DNA of 32,315 bases, from positions 1-32,315 of the forward strand of contig JAZRIH010000007.1 of assembly GCA_045645175.1 (NCBI GenBank), written 5' to 3'. Under the pieces are notes generated by a model that was given only the letters and a program-made list of their open reading frames with translations, did not search any database and was not told the DNA's origin. Made by a program: the position numbers and the translations under genes. Source of the stretch: Eubacteriales bacterium. Lineage in GTDB: Bacteria; Bacillota; Clostridia; Oscillospirales; CAG-272. This document shows positions 10,601 through 19,262 of the stretch, one piece after another; within the stretch, counting starts at the first letter, position 1; each line of letters begins with the position of its first letter.

Positions 10601-11542
10601 ATGAACGTATATACCATTTCAACTACCTGTCGGGAAGAGCATCCGAAAGAGGGGCGTTCTTTTGTCGCCCTTGGAAATTTCGACGGTCTGCATCACGGTC
10701 ACGCCGCCATTTTGGAGGCGTGTCGGATGGGGGCGGAGAGATTGGATGCGATCCCCGGCGTTTTTACCTTTTCTACGGGAAAAGCGCCTCGTCTGACTAC
10801 TATGGAGGAGCGTCTTGCTCTTTTTGAGCAGGCAGGAATCGAAGCAGTATGGCTTGCCGACTTCGATGCCCTTCGACATCAGACCCCCGAGGAATTTGTT
10901 TCTATCACCCTTGCCAAGATGGGTGCGGTGGGCGTTGCCTGTGGATTCAACTTCCGCTTCGGAAAAGGTGCATCGGGAGATGTGGATCTCCTAAAGTCTC
11001 TTTGTCAGGCACAAGGGATCGACTGTCAGGTGCTTCCCCCGATTACACGGGATGGGCTGACGGTCAGCTCTACCGAGATCCGTCGCCGTCTGACCGAGGG
11101 AGATATGGAAGGCGTTACCGCACTGATGGGTCGCCCTTGGGCGATCACGGGTAGCGTTGCCCACGGCAGAGCCGTTGGCGGATCGGTGCTTTCCTTTCCC
11201 ACGATGAATCTGCCCATCAACGAGCCCCGTCTGCTTCCCCCGTACGGCGTGTATTTTACCCGTGCCATCATCGACGGCACCGCTTATCCTGCCATCACTA
11301 ATTTGGGTGTGCGCCCCACTTTTGGGGAGAGCGAGCTTCTGGCGGAAACCCATTTGCTTCGTGCAAGCGGCGATTTTTACGAAAAATCGGTGACCGTGGA
11401 ATTTCTCTCCTTCCATCGCCCCGAGCGAGTCTTTGCCACACCTGCCGAATTGGCGGCAACGATTGGGGAGGACGTTGCATCGGCAGAGCGATATTTTCAG
11501 ACTATTTCTACCCCCTCACCTGCTATGGAGGTGACTTTGTGA
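10601..11542 (+). CDS. ribF: Bifunctional riboflavin kinase/FAD synthetase
   Basis: ALGNFDGLHHGH, GFNFRFG, VSSTEIR, FPTMN, NLGVRPTF, ETH motifs. Confidence 0.95.
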   Translation: MNVYTISTTCREEHPKEGRSFVALGNFDGLHHGHAAILEACRMGAERLDAIPGVFTFSTGKAPRLTTMEERLALFEQAGIEAVWLADFDALRHQTPEEFVSITLAKMGAVGVACGFNFRFGKGASGDVDLLKSLCQAQGIDCQVLPPITRDGLTVSSTEIRRRLTEGDMEGVTALMGRPWAITGSVAHGRAVGGSVLSFPTMNLPINEPRLLPPYGVYFTRAIIDGTAYPAITNLGVRPTFGESELLAETHLLRASGDFYEKSVTVEFLSFHRPERVFATPAELAATIGEDVASAERYFQTISTPSPAMEVTL

Positions 11543-12882
11543 ATCGATTGACCAAGGGATTGTCCCTGTTTTTGGCAGTTTTACTGCTGCTGATGCCCAT
11601 GGCAGTATGGGCGAGTGAATCTGAAACCACTCAATCCGCCCAGGAAGCGCCTGCACCCGAGATTAAGGAAGCGGACCTTACTCATGCGGAGAATATTCTG
11701 CTTTACTGCATTGAAACCGATACCATTCTGCGGAAAAAGAATGAGGACAAATCCATTCAGCCTCTTACCGCCACTAAACTCATGACCGCCATTCTTGCCT
11801 ATGAGCGCATCAGCGATCTTAGCGCAGAGATCACCGTCACCAAGGAAATGGTGAAGGGGGTCAGCGGCACCTATTACGGTTTTCAGGCGGGCGATACGGT
11901 TTCGGCTGAGGATCTCATCAAGCTGATGCTCCTGCGCAAAAGCAACGATGCCGCAATGATTCTTGCCTATACCGCCGCAGGAGATTTTGATAGCTTCGTG
12001 GCATTGATGAATGACCGCGCACGCTCTCTTGGTATGGAGCACACCCGATTTACCAACTGCACCGGTTTGGAAGATCCCGAAATGACCACCACCCCTGCCG
12101 ATCTCTTGAAGCTGGCGGTGGAGTTTTACACAAACGATGAACTGTTGGCATGGTCGGGAGCAAGTGATCTCCAATGCGAAAGCTTGGATCGCAAGATCTA
12201 CAGTAACAATTTCTTCCTCAGCCGTTATTACAATGGTACGGGTACCTCCTACCTCTTTGAGGCGGTGAGCGGTATGATCAACGGCGGTACCGATGAGCTG
12301 GGCGATCTGCTCATTACCTCGGCTGCCAATAACGGACTCCACTATATCGTGGTGCTGACAGGCGGAGAAAAGGTGGAAAAACTCCCTGTTTGCTACGATA
12401 TTACCCGTGAACTCATTGAAAAAGATACCTTGAACTTTGCTTTTTCCAAGGTTCTCTTGAGTGCAGAGGTGATCGGCGAGCTGCCCGTTTTCCTGGGCTC
12501 CGGTGCCGATTATGCGGCGGTGTTCCCCAAGGAAACGCTGGAATATTATCTGCCCAAGCACACCGATGCCAAGAAATTCAAGCGTGTAGTCGAGTATACC
12601 GTAGAATCGTTGGAAGCCCCCATTGAGGAGGGCAATACCGTTGGACGGATCAAGATCTACTACGACGGCGTCCTGTTGGGCGAGACCGATCTGGTGGTGC
12701 GCAGCAACATCACCCGAAGCGGTGCAGAATATCGGGTGAAACAGATCACCACATTCCTCAGCAGTAAATTGTTTGCGATCATTGCTCTGTCTGTGGTGGG
12801 TGTAGTTGCTCTCTATTTTGTAGCAATGGCTATTTACCGTGATCAGGTCAAGAAAAAATACGGCAACACGGAGCCGTATTGA
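11539..12882 (+). CDS. D-Ala-D-Ala carboxypeptidase (peptidase S11) homologue with degenerate active site
   Basis: Signal peptide, TKLMTA, NDAA, FVALMNDRARSLGMEHTRFTNCTGL, PBP5-C-like LEAPIEEG region, C-terminal TM; GTG start overlaps ribF stop. Confidence 0.85.
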   Translation: MNRLTKGLSLFLAVLLLLMPMAVWASESETTQSAQEAPAPEIKEADLTHAENILLYCIETDTILRKKNEDKSIQPLTATKLMTAILAYERISDLSAEITVTKEMVKGVSGTYYGFQAGDTVSAEDLIKLMLLRKSNDAAMILAYTAAGDFDSFVALMNDRARSLGMEHTRFTNCTGLEDPEMTTTPADLLKLAVEFYTNDELLAWSGASDLQCESLDRKIYSNNFFLSRYYNGTGTSYLFEAVSGMINGGTDELGDLLITSAANNGLHYIVVLTGGEKVEKLPVCYDITRELIEKDTLNFAFSKVLLSAEVIGELPVFLGSGADYAAVFPKETLEYYLPKHTDAKKFKRVVEYTVESLEAPIEEGNTVGRIKIYYDGVLLGETDLVVRSNITRSGAEYRVKQITTFLSSKLFAIIALSVVGVVALYFVAMAIYRDQVKKKYGNTEPY

Positions 12883-12887
12883 CATAG

Positions 12888-12923
12888 AAAAAGGACTTAC
12901 TCATTTTTGAGTAAGTCCTTTTT
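12888..12923. terminator. Bidirectional intrinsic terminator
   Basis: aaaaaggacttactca-tttt-tgagtaagtccttttt. Confidence 0.88.
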
Positions 12924-12924
12924 G

Positions 12925-13254
12925 TTATAGGATCACACATCCCAAGGCAAAAGCGATCTGCAAAATCAAGAGCAAGGGGACGGTGAGGGTGAATTTCAGA
13001 TGCTTGGTCTTGTGGCGGAAGAACTGCATGCCTATGTATGCACCGAGTGCGCCGTAAAAGAGGGCAATGCCAATGAGATTGGCTTCGGGGATGCGCCACT
13101 TTTTCTTTTTGGCATAGAATTTGTCCAGTCCATAGAGGATAAACGCCACCAGATTTACCAAGGCGAGATAGAGATAGGCAGAGGGGGCGATGGAGCGAAC
13201 AAAGGCGAATACGCCCAGCTGAAAGTCCCAAAGAGTTGCAAGGAGAGCGTCCAT
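12925..13254 (-). CDS. DUF1294 family membrane protein
   Basis: LYGLDKFYAKKKKWRIPE, GALGAYIGMQFFRHKTKH motif. Confidence 0.88.
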   Translation of the reverse strand: MDALLATLWDFQLGVFAFVRSIAPSAYLYLALVNLVAFILYGLDKFYAKKKKWRIPEANLIGIALFYGALGAYIGMQFFRHKTKHLKFTLTVPLLLILQIAFALGCVIL

Positions 13255-13255
13255 C

Positions 13256-14266
13256 TTATACCTGTACGAAGCCCAGCTTCTTGTAAACCTTTCTCATGGT
13301 CTTCTTGGAGCGGTATGCGGCAGTCTCAGCACCCTGCTTCATGATGGATTCCAGATATGCCTTGTCAGCCATCAGACGGTCAAATTCTGCCTTCAGAGGA
13401 GCCAGATTGTCGGCAACGGTTTCGCCTACTGCCAGCTTGAACTCGCCGTAGCCCTTGCCTGCAAATTCTGCCTCGATTGCCTCGTGGCTCTTGCCGGTGA
13501 AGCAAGCGTAGATGTTCATCAGGTTGTTGATGCCGTCCTTGCCGTCTGCGAAGCGTACAACGGTGTCGGAGTCGGTAACGGCACGCTTGAATTTGCGGAT
13601 GATGTCGTCCTTCTTGTCCAGAATAGCAACGTAGCCGTTGGGATTCTCGTCAGACTTGCTCATCTTCTTGGTGGGATCGGAGAGGGACATGATCTTGGCG
13701 CCGGTCTTGGGGATGAAGCCCTCGGGTACCTTGAAGGTGTTGCCGTATACGCCGTTGAAGCGCTCTGCAACGTTTCTTGCCAGCTCGATGTGCTGCTTCT
13801 GGTCAACGCCTACGGGAACCAGATCGGTCTGGTACAGGAGGATGTCAGCCGCCATCAGGGCAGGGTAGGTGAACAGACCTGCGTTGATGTTGTCGGCGTG
13901 CTTCTGAGACTTGTCCTTGAACTGTGTCATACGGGAGAGCTCGCCGAACTGGGTGTAGCAGTTGAGCACCCATGCCAGCTCTGCATGAGCGGGATTGTGG
14001 GACTGTACAAACAGAGTAGACTTGGTGGGATCGATGCCTGCAGCGATGTAAACTGCCAGAGTTTCGTAGGTACGGCGGCGCAGATCTGCGGGGATCTGAC
14101 GGACGGTGATGGCGTGCTGGTCCACCACGCAGTACATACAGTCGTATTCGTCAGCAAGGGCAACCCAGTTCTTGATGGCGCCCAGATAGTTGCCGATGGT
14201 CAGCAGTCCGCTGGGCTGTACGCCCGAAAAAATGACCTTTTTTGCTTCGGTCTGATTGTTTTCCAT
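13256..14266 (-). CDS. trpS: Tryptophanyl-tRNA synthetase
   Basis: FSGVQPSG, TIGNYLGA, YPALMAADILLY, VPVGVDQKQH, KMSKS. Confidence 0.98.
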   Translation of the reverse strand: MENNQTEAKKVIFSGVQPSGLLTIGNYLGAIKNWVALADEYDCMYCVVDQHAITVRQIPADLRRRTYETLAVYIAAGIDPTKSTLFVQSHNPAHAELAWVLNCYTQFGELSRMTQFKDKSQKHADNINAGLFTYPALMAADILLYQTDLVPVGVDQKQHIELARNVAERFNGVYGNTFKVPEGFIPKTGAKIMSLSDPTKKMSKSDENPNGYVAILDKKDDIIRKFKRAVTDSDTVVRFADGKDGINNLMNIYACFTGKSHEAIEAEFAGKGYGEFKLAVGETVADNLAPLKAEFDRLMADKAYLESIMKQGAETAAYRSKKTMRKVYKKLGFVQV

Positions 14267-14307
14267 GATAAAATACCTTCTTTCTTATAAATGAATCTGC
14301 AAAAGCA

Positions 14308-14505
14308 AAAGAAAAAGCCCTTGACATACAGTCAAGGACGGAATGATCCGCGGTGCCACCTTGGTTCGGGAGAGACCTCCCGCGCTTTTGCACGAACATG
14401 CTCTTTGATTGCCTCGGGCGCCCAACGGAGTACTCGCTTCGGTCTGTCGGCTTCCACCACCCCGACTCGCTGTGTGACCCACACGCTCCAACACCTTCAA
14501 CGGCT
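14308..14505 (-). promoter_or_regulatory. T-box riboswitch leader of trpS
   Basis: Minus strand AGCGA and GGTGGAA stem I motifs, candidate TGG specifier, T-box AAGGTGGCACCGCG (14349-14362), terminator ccttgac..gtcaaggg plus T-run. Confidence 0.9.
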
Positions 14506-14514
14506 GATATGGGT

Positions 14515-14543
14515 AGTGTAGCACAAAGCAGGGGAAAAGTCAA
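14515..14543 (-). promoter_or_regulatory. Sigma-A-type promoter for the trpS leader
   Basis: TTGACT-17 nt-TACACT with TGn extension. Confidence 0.7.
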
Positions 14544-14608
14544 GGGATTATTCAAAATTATTTTACAGAGTTTATGGTGTTTTTAGCAAAAAAGAAGGAA
14601 AAAGTATA

Positions 14609-14637
14609 TTGAAAAAAATTGGCTTGTGTGGTACAAT
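14609..14637 (+). promoter_or_regulatory. Sigma-A-type promoter
   Basis: TTGAAA-17 nt-TACAAT with TGn extension. Confidence 0.65.
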
Positions 14638-14666
14638 AGATAGGTATCAGAAAAACGAAAGCGAGG

Positions 14667-15503
14667 ATGAATCCTTTGGAATACGATCACTATCCTTATG
14701 AAGAAAAGAAAGAGCACGGTCCTGTATATAAGATCTTCAAGTGGGCGGCAATTTTGCTGATTGTCGGCGTTTACCTCATGTTGTTCTTCCGAATGTGCTC
14801 GAAAGAAGACCCTGCCTCTGCCAAGAAATTTCTTTGGACAGAGAACACCCTGACCGCATACGAAACATGGCAAAAAGCCGATGCGGCGACCCGCGGCGAC
14901 TTTGCCTACACTCAGGAAAGCAGTTATACCATCTATAACGAGCAGACCCGTGAGAGCAAGACCTACCGCTACGATACCTTCTCCTGCCGCGAAAACGGCT
15001 ACTCGGGCGACGGAAGCAATCCCGAGGACCGCAAGAAGTATATCCACTACGGTCAGTTCCACACCTCCAATCCCGTGTATATCCCCTCTGCGGGCGAGGT
15101 GCAGATCACCATTCGTGTCAATGACGAGGGTATGGAAGAGCTGATGTCTACCTACAATCTCTCCCAGCTGCCCCAAGGCGAGGTGTTCGCGTATGCCCTT
15201 ACCGACGGCGAGCATTTCTACACCGAGTATCAGTACACCACCTCTGACCGCTTTACCTACAACTATCACCGTCTGACCTTCTCGGGCGTGGACTTTACCG
15301 ATCTGTATCAGCTGGAACTGCTCATTTACTACGTGGGCGACGGCACCGTTGATCTGGCCACCCCCTACGAATATCTCACCATTTATCTGGCGGATATTCC
15401 CATGAAGCCATATAATATGAAGGACGCCAAGCCTATCAAGCTCAGCGGTCTGGAAAAGCCCCCCTACGTGGTGTACAATGACAGCACCCGTACCGAAGAC
15501 TAA
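14667..15503 (+). CDS. Hypothetical protein, single N-terminal TM anchor, Tyr-rich extracytoplasmic domain
   Basis: 278-aa ORF, coding-like codon bias, hydrophobic segment WAAILLIVGVYLMLFF. Confidence 0.8.
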   Translation: MNPLEYDHYPYEEKKEHGPVYKIFKWAAILLIVGVYLMLFFRMCSKEDPASAKKFLWTENTLTAYETWQKADAATRGDFAYTQESSYTIYNEQTRESKTYRYDTFSCRENGYSGDGSNPEDRKKYIHYGQFHTSNPVYIPSAGEVQITIRVNDEGMEELMSTYNLSQLPQGEVFAYALTDGEHFYTEYQYTTSDRFTYNYHRLTFSGVDFTDLYQLELLIYYVGDGTVDLATPYEYLTIYLADIPMKPYNMKDAKPIKLSGLEKPPYVVYNDSTRTED

Positions 15504-15518
15504 ATCGGGAGGATCCAA

Positions 15519-16181
15519 ATGTTACTGAATATCAAAGAAACTACCCTTGCGTACCGTTGTCCCCATTGCGGAGCAGGTGTCATGAGTATGGTGGGAATCT
15601 TCTCGCTGTCCGGCGATCTGCTCAAGCTCAAATGCTCTTGCGGCAACAGCGAGCTGCTCATCGAAAAGAATGCCGATGGCAAGATCCGTCTGGTGGTGCC
15701 TTGCATTGTTTGCGCCAAGCCTCATGTGTATGTCCTTGGACAGAATCAGTTCTTCCGCAGAGGAGATGGTGATGTCTTCCGTCTGCCTTGCCCCTATACC
15801 GGATTGGATCTCTGCTTCGTAGGTGAGAAAAATGACGTGCAAGTGGCATTGCAGGAAGCCGATGACGCTCTCCTTGCGCTGATGCGAGATGCAGGTCTGG
15901 AGGATATCGAACAGCTCCACGCCGGCGATGAGATGCTGGAAGCCCGTGAGCAGGACCCTCAGGTTGCCGATATCGTGCGCTATGCCATCCGCGAGCTGGA
16001 TGACGAGGGTAAGATCACCTGCAACTGCCAGAACAATGCCATTGCCGATTATCAGTTCCGTCTGCATGACGGGGACGTGACCATCTGGTGTGAGGAGTGC
16101 GGAGCGACGATCACTCTGCCCATGCCCGGCGTATCGGCGGCAGAAGCCTTTTTGCAGAGAGATTCGCTGACTCTAAAATAA
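15519..16181 (+). CDS. Hypothetical protein with multiple Cys pairs (probable zinc ribbons)
   Basis: CPHC, CSC, CIVC, CNC, CEEC; GGGAGG RBS. Confidence 0.8.
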   Translation: MLLNIKETTLAYRCPHCGAGVMSMVGIFSLSGDLLKLKCSCGNSELLIEKNADGKIRLVVPCIVCAKPHVYVLGQNQFFRRGDGDVFRLPCPYTGLDLCFVGEKNDVQVALQEADDALLALMRDAGLEDIEQLHAGDEMLEAREQDPQVADIVRYAIRELDDEGKITCNCQNNAIADYQFRLHDGDVTIWCEECGATITLPMPGVSAAEAFLQRDSLTLK

Positions 16182-16194
16182 TTGCTCCAAGGAT

Positions 16195-16222
16195 GCACCG
16201 ATTTAAGTGTTCTCCATAGAAT
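16195..16222 (+). promoter_or_regulatory. Possible sporulation sigma (K/E-like) promoter
   Basis: GCAC-16 nt-CATAGAAT upstream of the Cys-rich ORF. Confidence 0.4.
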
Positions 16223-16288
16223 GGTAAAGGAGAGGGAAGCCTCGAGAGGCGGAGCCTCTACCTGATTAAAATTCAAGGAGATTAAAAT

Positions 16289-16489
16289 ATGGGTTGCTTC
16301 TGCAATATTTTTGAAAATTCCACTGTATGGCTGATTATCATCGCCCTGATCCTTCTGTTCTTCTTCTGCGGTAACGAAGGTTGCGGCGGATACGGCTACA
16401 CTCCCATTAACAATGGCTGTGGCTGCAACGGTTGTGGCGGTTGCGCAGCGTACAACAATAACAACGGTTGCGGCTGCGGTTGCAACTGA
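16289..16489 (+). CDS. Small Cys/Gly/Asn-rich membrane-anchored protein, probably spore-associated
   Basis: AAGGAG RBS; WLIIIALILLFFFC followed by GCGC/NNGC repeats; own terminator. Confidence 0.8.
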   Translation: MGCFCNIFENSTVWLIIIALILLFFFCGNEGCGGYGYTPINNGCGCNGCGGCAAYNNNNGCGCGCN

Positions 16490-16496
16490 GCATAAG

Positions 16497-16529
16497 AAAA
16501 AGAGAAGGACTTAGGTCCTTCTCTTTTTT
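16497..16529. terminator. Intrinsic terminator
   Basis: aaaaagagaaggac-ttag-gtccttctcttttt. Confidence 0.85.
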
Positions 16530-16555
16530 GTAGAGGAATTTGCGTACGTTATACC

Positions 16556-16665
16556 AAGGGGGAGGAGAAAACCATCTCAAACGCCGAAGTTTTTCTCCTC
16601 CCCCTTCGCTATCACCCTTGGTGATAGCTCATCCCCCTCCACATTCCTTGGCTGGTGCGGTTTCG
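16556..16665 (-). repeat. Repeat family A copy 2
   Basis: Reverse complement reads CAGCCAAGGAA..gctatcacc-aag-ggtgatagc..aagggggaggagaaaa-ACTTCGGCGTTTGAGATGG-ttttctcctccccctt. Confidence 0.9.
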
Positions 16666-16682
16666 CAAGTAGGTTCTCTTTT

Positions 16683-17714
16683 CTATTGTATCGGCTCGCC
16701 GTGGAAATCTCGTCGGCAGAGCTTTTCAAACACCATTCTCCTTTGGGATCCGTTAGAGAGGCTTTCCAATCGGCGCAACAAGGGGAGATAGCGCATCAGC
16801 GCGCGATCGTACAGCTCAAAGAAGCTATCGTGGGACACTTTCCCCGTATAGGGATCGCTCCATTTTTGATGGCGCAGATTGGCGGGATCGGGATAGTATC
16901 GGCTCTCACCCAAAAAGAGGGGGGAAAGATAGGGGGCGCAAAACGGTCGCTCGATGATCTTAGCAATCCTCGCCTTGCATCCGTGGGGATCGTAGAGGAT
17001 GCCCGTGGCAAGGTGGACCGCATGAAAGGCACGTCCCACTGAAGCGGGAGAGAGGTGGATAGAGTACACACGGCAGATAGTTTGTGACAGGAGCAGGGAC
17101 AGTGCGCGACGCTCCACGGGGGAGAGGTGGTAAGCGCTGGGGCGAGGGAGGCAGGCAAGGGGAATCTCCAAGCTTCGTTCCACTGTCAAACGGCTCAGAT
17201 CCGATTCCAAGGCATTGTGGACGGCAAAGCTCCTTGCCGATGGCTCCACCCCTGTACGGGCATAGATGAATGCGTGGGTGTGGCTGTCCAAGAGATAATG
17301 CCCCAAAAATCCGCAGGCATAGGCAAGCGCACAAAGACGACCATCGATGGAATGGTCGTCTTTTCTGTAAGGGTTAGTATTACTATAGATCGGAACTGCA
17401 CCAGCCAAGGAAAAGGGTGGATGGTGCGGAAGGAGGGGAAAATCATCTTTTATCCCATCTGCCGTGTCAAACAACTCACCAAGCAGGGTGGGGATCTTCT
17501 TCGTGTGGAGCAGGGAGCTGAGCTTTTTTCTCCCGATGGCGGCGGGGGGATAAAAGAGGAACAGATCGGGTCCCTGCATTCCCGTGAAAAAGGCGTGGGG
17601 ATGGGTGAGAATGGCATGAGAGAACTCGCCCACGGGCAGTCCGGCCTTCACAATATCCTTGAGCATCCTCAGACATTCCTCGGCAAAGGATGCGTGGGTC
17701 CAAAAAGCGGGCAA
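16683..17714 (-). CDS. Zinc-dependent phospholipase C family protein
   Basis: N-terminal PAFWTH, GMQGPDLF, GFLGHYLLDSHTH, HNALES metal-ligand pattern; TTG start after GAGGTG. Confidence 0.75.
   Translation of the reverse strand: MPAFWTHASFAEECLRMLKDIVKAGLPVGEFSHAILTHPHAFFTGMQGPDLFLFYPPAAIGRKKLSSLLHTKKIPTLLGELFDTADGIKDDFPLLPHHPPFSLAGAVPIYSNTNPYRKDDHSIDGRLCALAYACGFLGHYLLDSHTHAFIYARTGVEPSARSFAVHNALESDLSRLTVERSLEIPLACLPRPSAYHLSPVERRALSLLLSQTICRVYSIHLSPASVGRAFHAVHLATGILYDPHGCKARIAKIIERPFCAPYLSPLFLGESRYYPDPANLRHQKWSDPYTGKVSHDSFFELYDRALMRYLPLLRRLESLSNGSQRRMVFEKLCRRDFHGEPIQ
17391..17450 (+). repeat. Repeat family A copy 3 (partial, intragenic)
   Basis: cggaactgcacCAGCCAAGGAAAAGGGTGG..gcggaaggaggggaaaa matches copies 2 and 5. 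Confidence 0.8.
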
Positions 17715-17742
17715 AAAATCACCTCGAAACAGAATGATTCTG

Positions 17743-19059
17743 TCAATCCTCGATGATACCGGTGAGCCGACCGTCCCGAATTTCGGTGAGTCGGAGATTG
17801 AAAAGCTTGCCGTGGAGGGAAGCCTCAGAGGGGATCGCCACATCCAGGAAGGATGCGGTGTGTCCGATGGCGTAGCCATCCCGTTCCTCCTCAAAGAGAA
17901 CGGGGAGCACTTTGCCGATCTGCGCCTGCAACACACGTTCCCGACCTTGCTTGCAGACGGCGGTGAGGGCGTGTACGCGCTCCTCCTTCACCGCTTCGGG
18001 GACTTGTCCCTTCATGTCGGCGGCTTCGGTGCCGGGACGGCGGGAGTAGGGGAAGACGTGACAATCCAAGAGAGAAAGGGAGTCCACGTGGGCGCAGGTG
18101 GCGGCGAAATCCTCGTCGCTCTCACCGGGGAATCCCACGATTACATCGGCGGTGAAGCAGGCGTCGGGGAATGCGGCACGGATGGCATCCACGTTTCGCT
18201 TTACCATGGAAGTGTTGTAGCGGCGGCGCATGGCGGCAAGGGTCTTGTCGCATCCGCTCTGCAACGAGAGATGGAAGTGGGGGGCAAGATGGACCACCGA
18301 GCGGAGTTTTTCAGTATAAGCAGGGGTGAGGAGAGAGGGATCCAGCGAGCCCAGTCGGATGCGCGTGAGTCCCGGGAGCTTGTCCAGCGCGTACAGCAGA
18401 TCAGGGAGCTTGACTCCGTCCAGATCCTTGCCGTATGCCGAGATCTCGATGCCCGTAAGGACGATCTCCCGATAGCCGGCATCAATGAGGATCTTGGCTT
18501 CCTCCACCACCTCGTCCAAAGGCTTGGAGCGGATAGGACCGCGGGCGCGGGGGATGATGCAGTAGGCGCATTTGGACTCGCAACCGTCCTCGATCTTCAG
18601 ATAAGCGCGGGTGCGCTCACTGCGGTGGATGGTCATGGGCTCGAAGTCGGCGCCCTCCAGAGAGGGGACCTCCACGATGGGGGCACGGTCGACATAAGAG
18701 CCGTCCACGTAGGCAAGGGCAAACTCAGCGGCACGGCGCTTTTCGCGGTTTCCGCAAACGAATTTTACGCCGGGGAGGGTAGCCAGCTTTTCGCCGTCTA
18801 CCTGGGCGTAGCATCCCGTGACGATGATGCAGGCATCGGGGTTTTTATGGTTTGCACGGCGGATCATCTGGCGAACCTTGCGCTCGCCTTCGGCGGTCAC
18901 CGAGCAGGTGTTGATGAGATAAATATCGGCAGACTCCTGAAAGGGGAGCTGGGTAAGTCCTGCACGAATCAGCTCCTCGGAGAGGGCTTGGGATTCGTAT
19001 TGGTTGACCTTGCATCCCAGGGTGCAGATGGCAAAGGTAGCGGTGCGTGTAGCGTTCAT
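17743..19059 (-). CDS. mtaB: tRNA t6A37 methylthiotransferase MtaB (radical SAM)
   Basis: TLGCKVNQYES, INTCSVT, VTGCYAQ, RTRAYLKIEDGCESKCAYC (CxxxCxxC), IVGFPGE. Confidence 0.92.
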   Translation of the reverse strand: MNATRTATFAICTLGCKVNQYESQALSEELIRAGLTQLPFQESADIYLINTCSVTAEGERKVRQMIRRANHKNPDACIIVTGCYAQVDGEKLATLPGVKFVCGNREKRRAAEFALAYVDGSYVDRAPIVEVPSLEGADFEPMTIHRSERTRAYLKIEDGCESKCAYCIIPRARGPIRSKPLDEVVEEAKILIDAGYREIVLTGIEISAYGKDLDGVKLPDLLYALDKLPGLTRIRLGSLDPSLLTPAYTEKLRSVVHLAPHFHLSLQSGCDKTLAAMRRRYNTSMVKRNVDAIRAAFPDACFTADVIVGFPGESDEDFAATCAHVDSLSLLDCHVFPYSRRPGTEAADMKGQVPEAVKEERVHALTAVCKQGRERVLQAQIGKVLPVLFEEERDGYAIGHTASFLDVAIPSEASLHGKLFNLRLTEIRDGRLTGIIED

Positions 19060-19086
19060 ACTACTCCTTTATACTTCTATGGATTA

Positions 19087-19114
19087 GTATTGCCGGAAAA
19101 ACTTCCGGCAATAC
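19087..19114 (-). terminator. Hairpin after the SpoVM-like ORF
   Basis: gtattgccggaa-aaac-ttccggcaatac; no clear T-tail. Confidence 0.5.
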
Positions 19115-19126
19115 CCATCTGGATCA

Positions 19127-19204
19127 CTATGTTTTACTGATTTTGAACAGGCGGCGCAAAATGGGGCGCAGGATCCCCCTTGCCCGCAGGGTGACGATTT
19201 TCAT
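19127..19204 (-). CDS. spoVM: SpoVM-like small amphipathic sporulation protein (25 aa)
   Basis: GGGAGG RBS, MKIVTLRARGILRPILRRLFKISKT*, upstream CATATACT sporulation-type -10, lies downstream of rsgA. Confidence 0.65.
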   Translation of the reverse strand: MKIVTLRARGILRPILRRLFKISKT

Positions 19205-19262
19205 GGTGTTTCCTCCCACAGAGGCGATGAAAACTGCCTCTATCAAGAGTATATGCCATTTG

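Noticed and set aside
16540-16791. Short ORFs sharing GGENHLKRRSFSPP (also 28781-29089)
   Set aside because: Translations of repeat family A, no RBS; treated as non-coding
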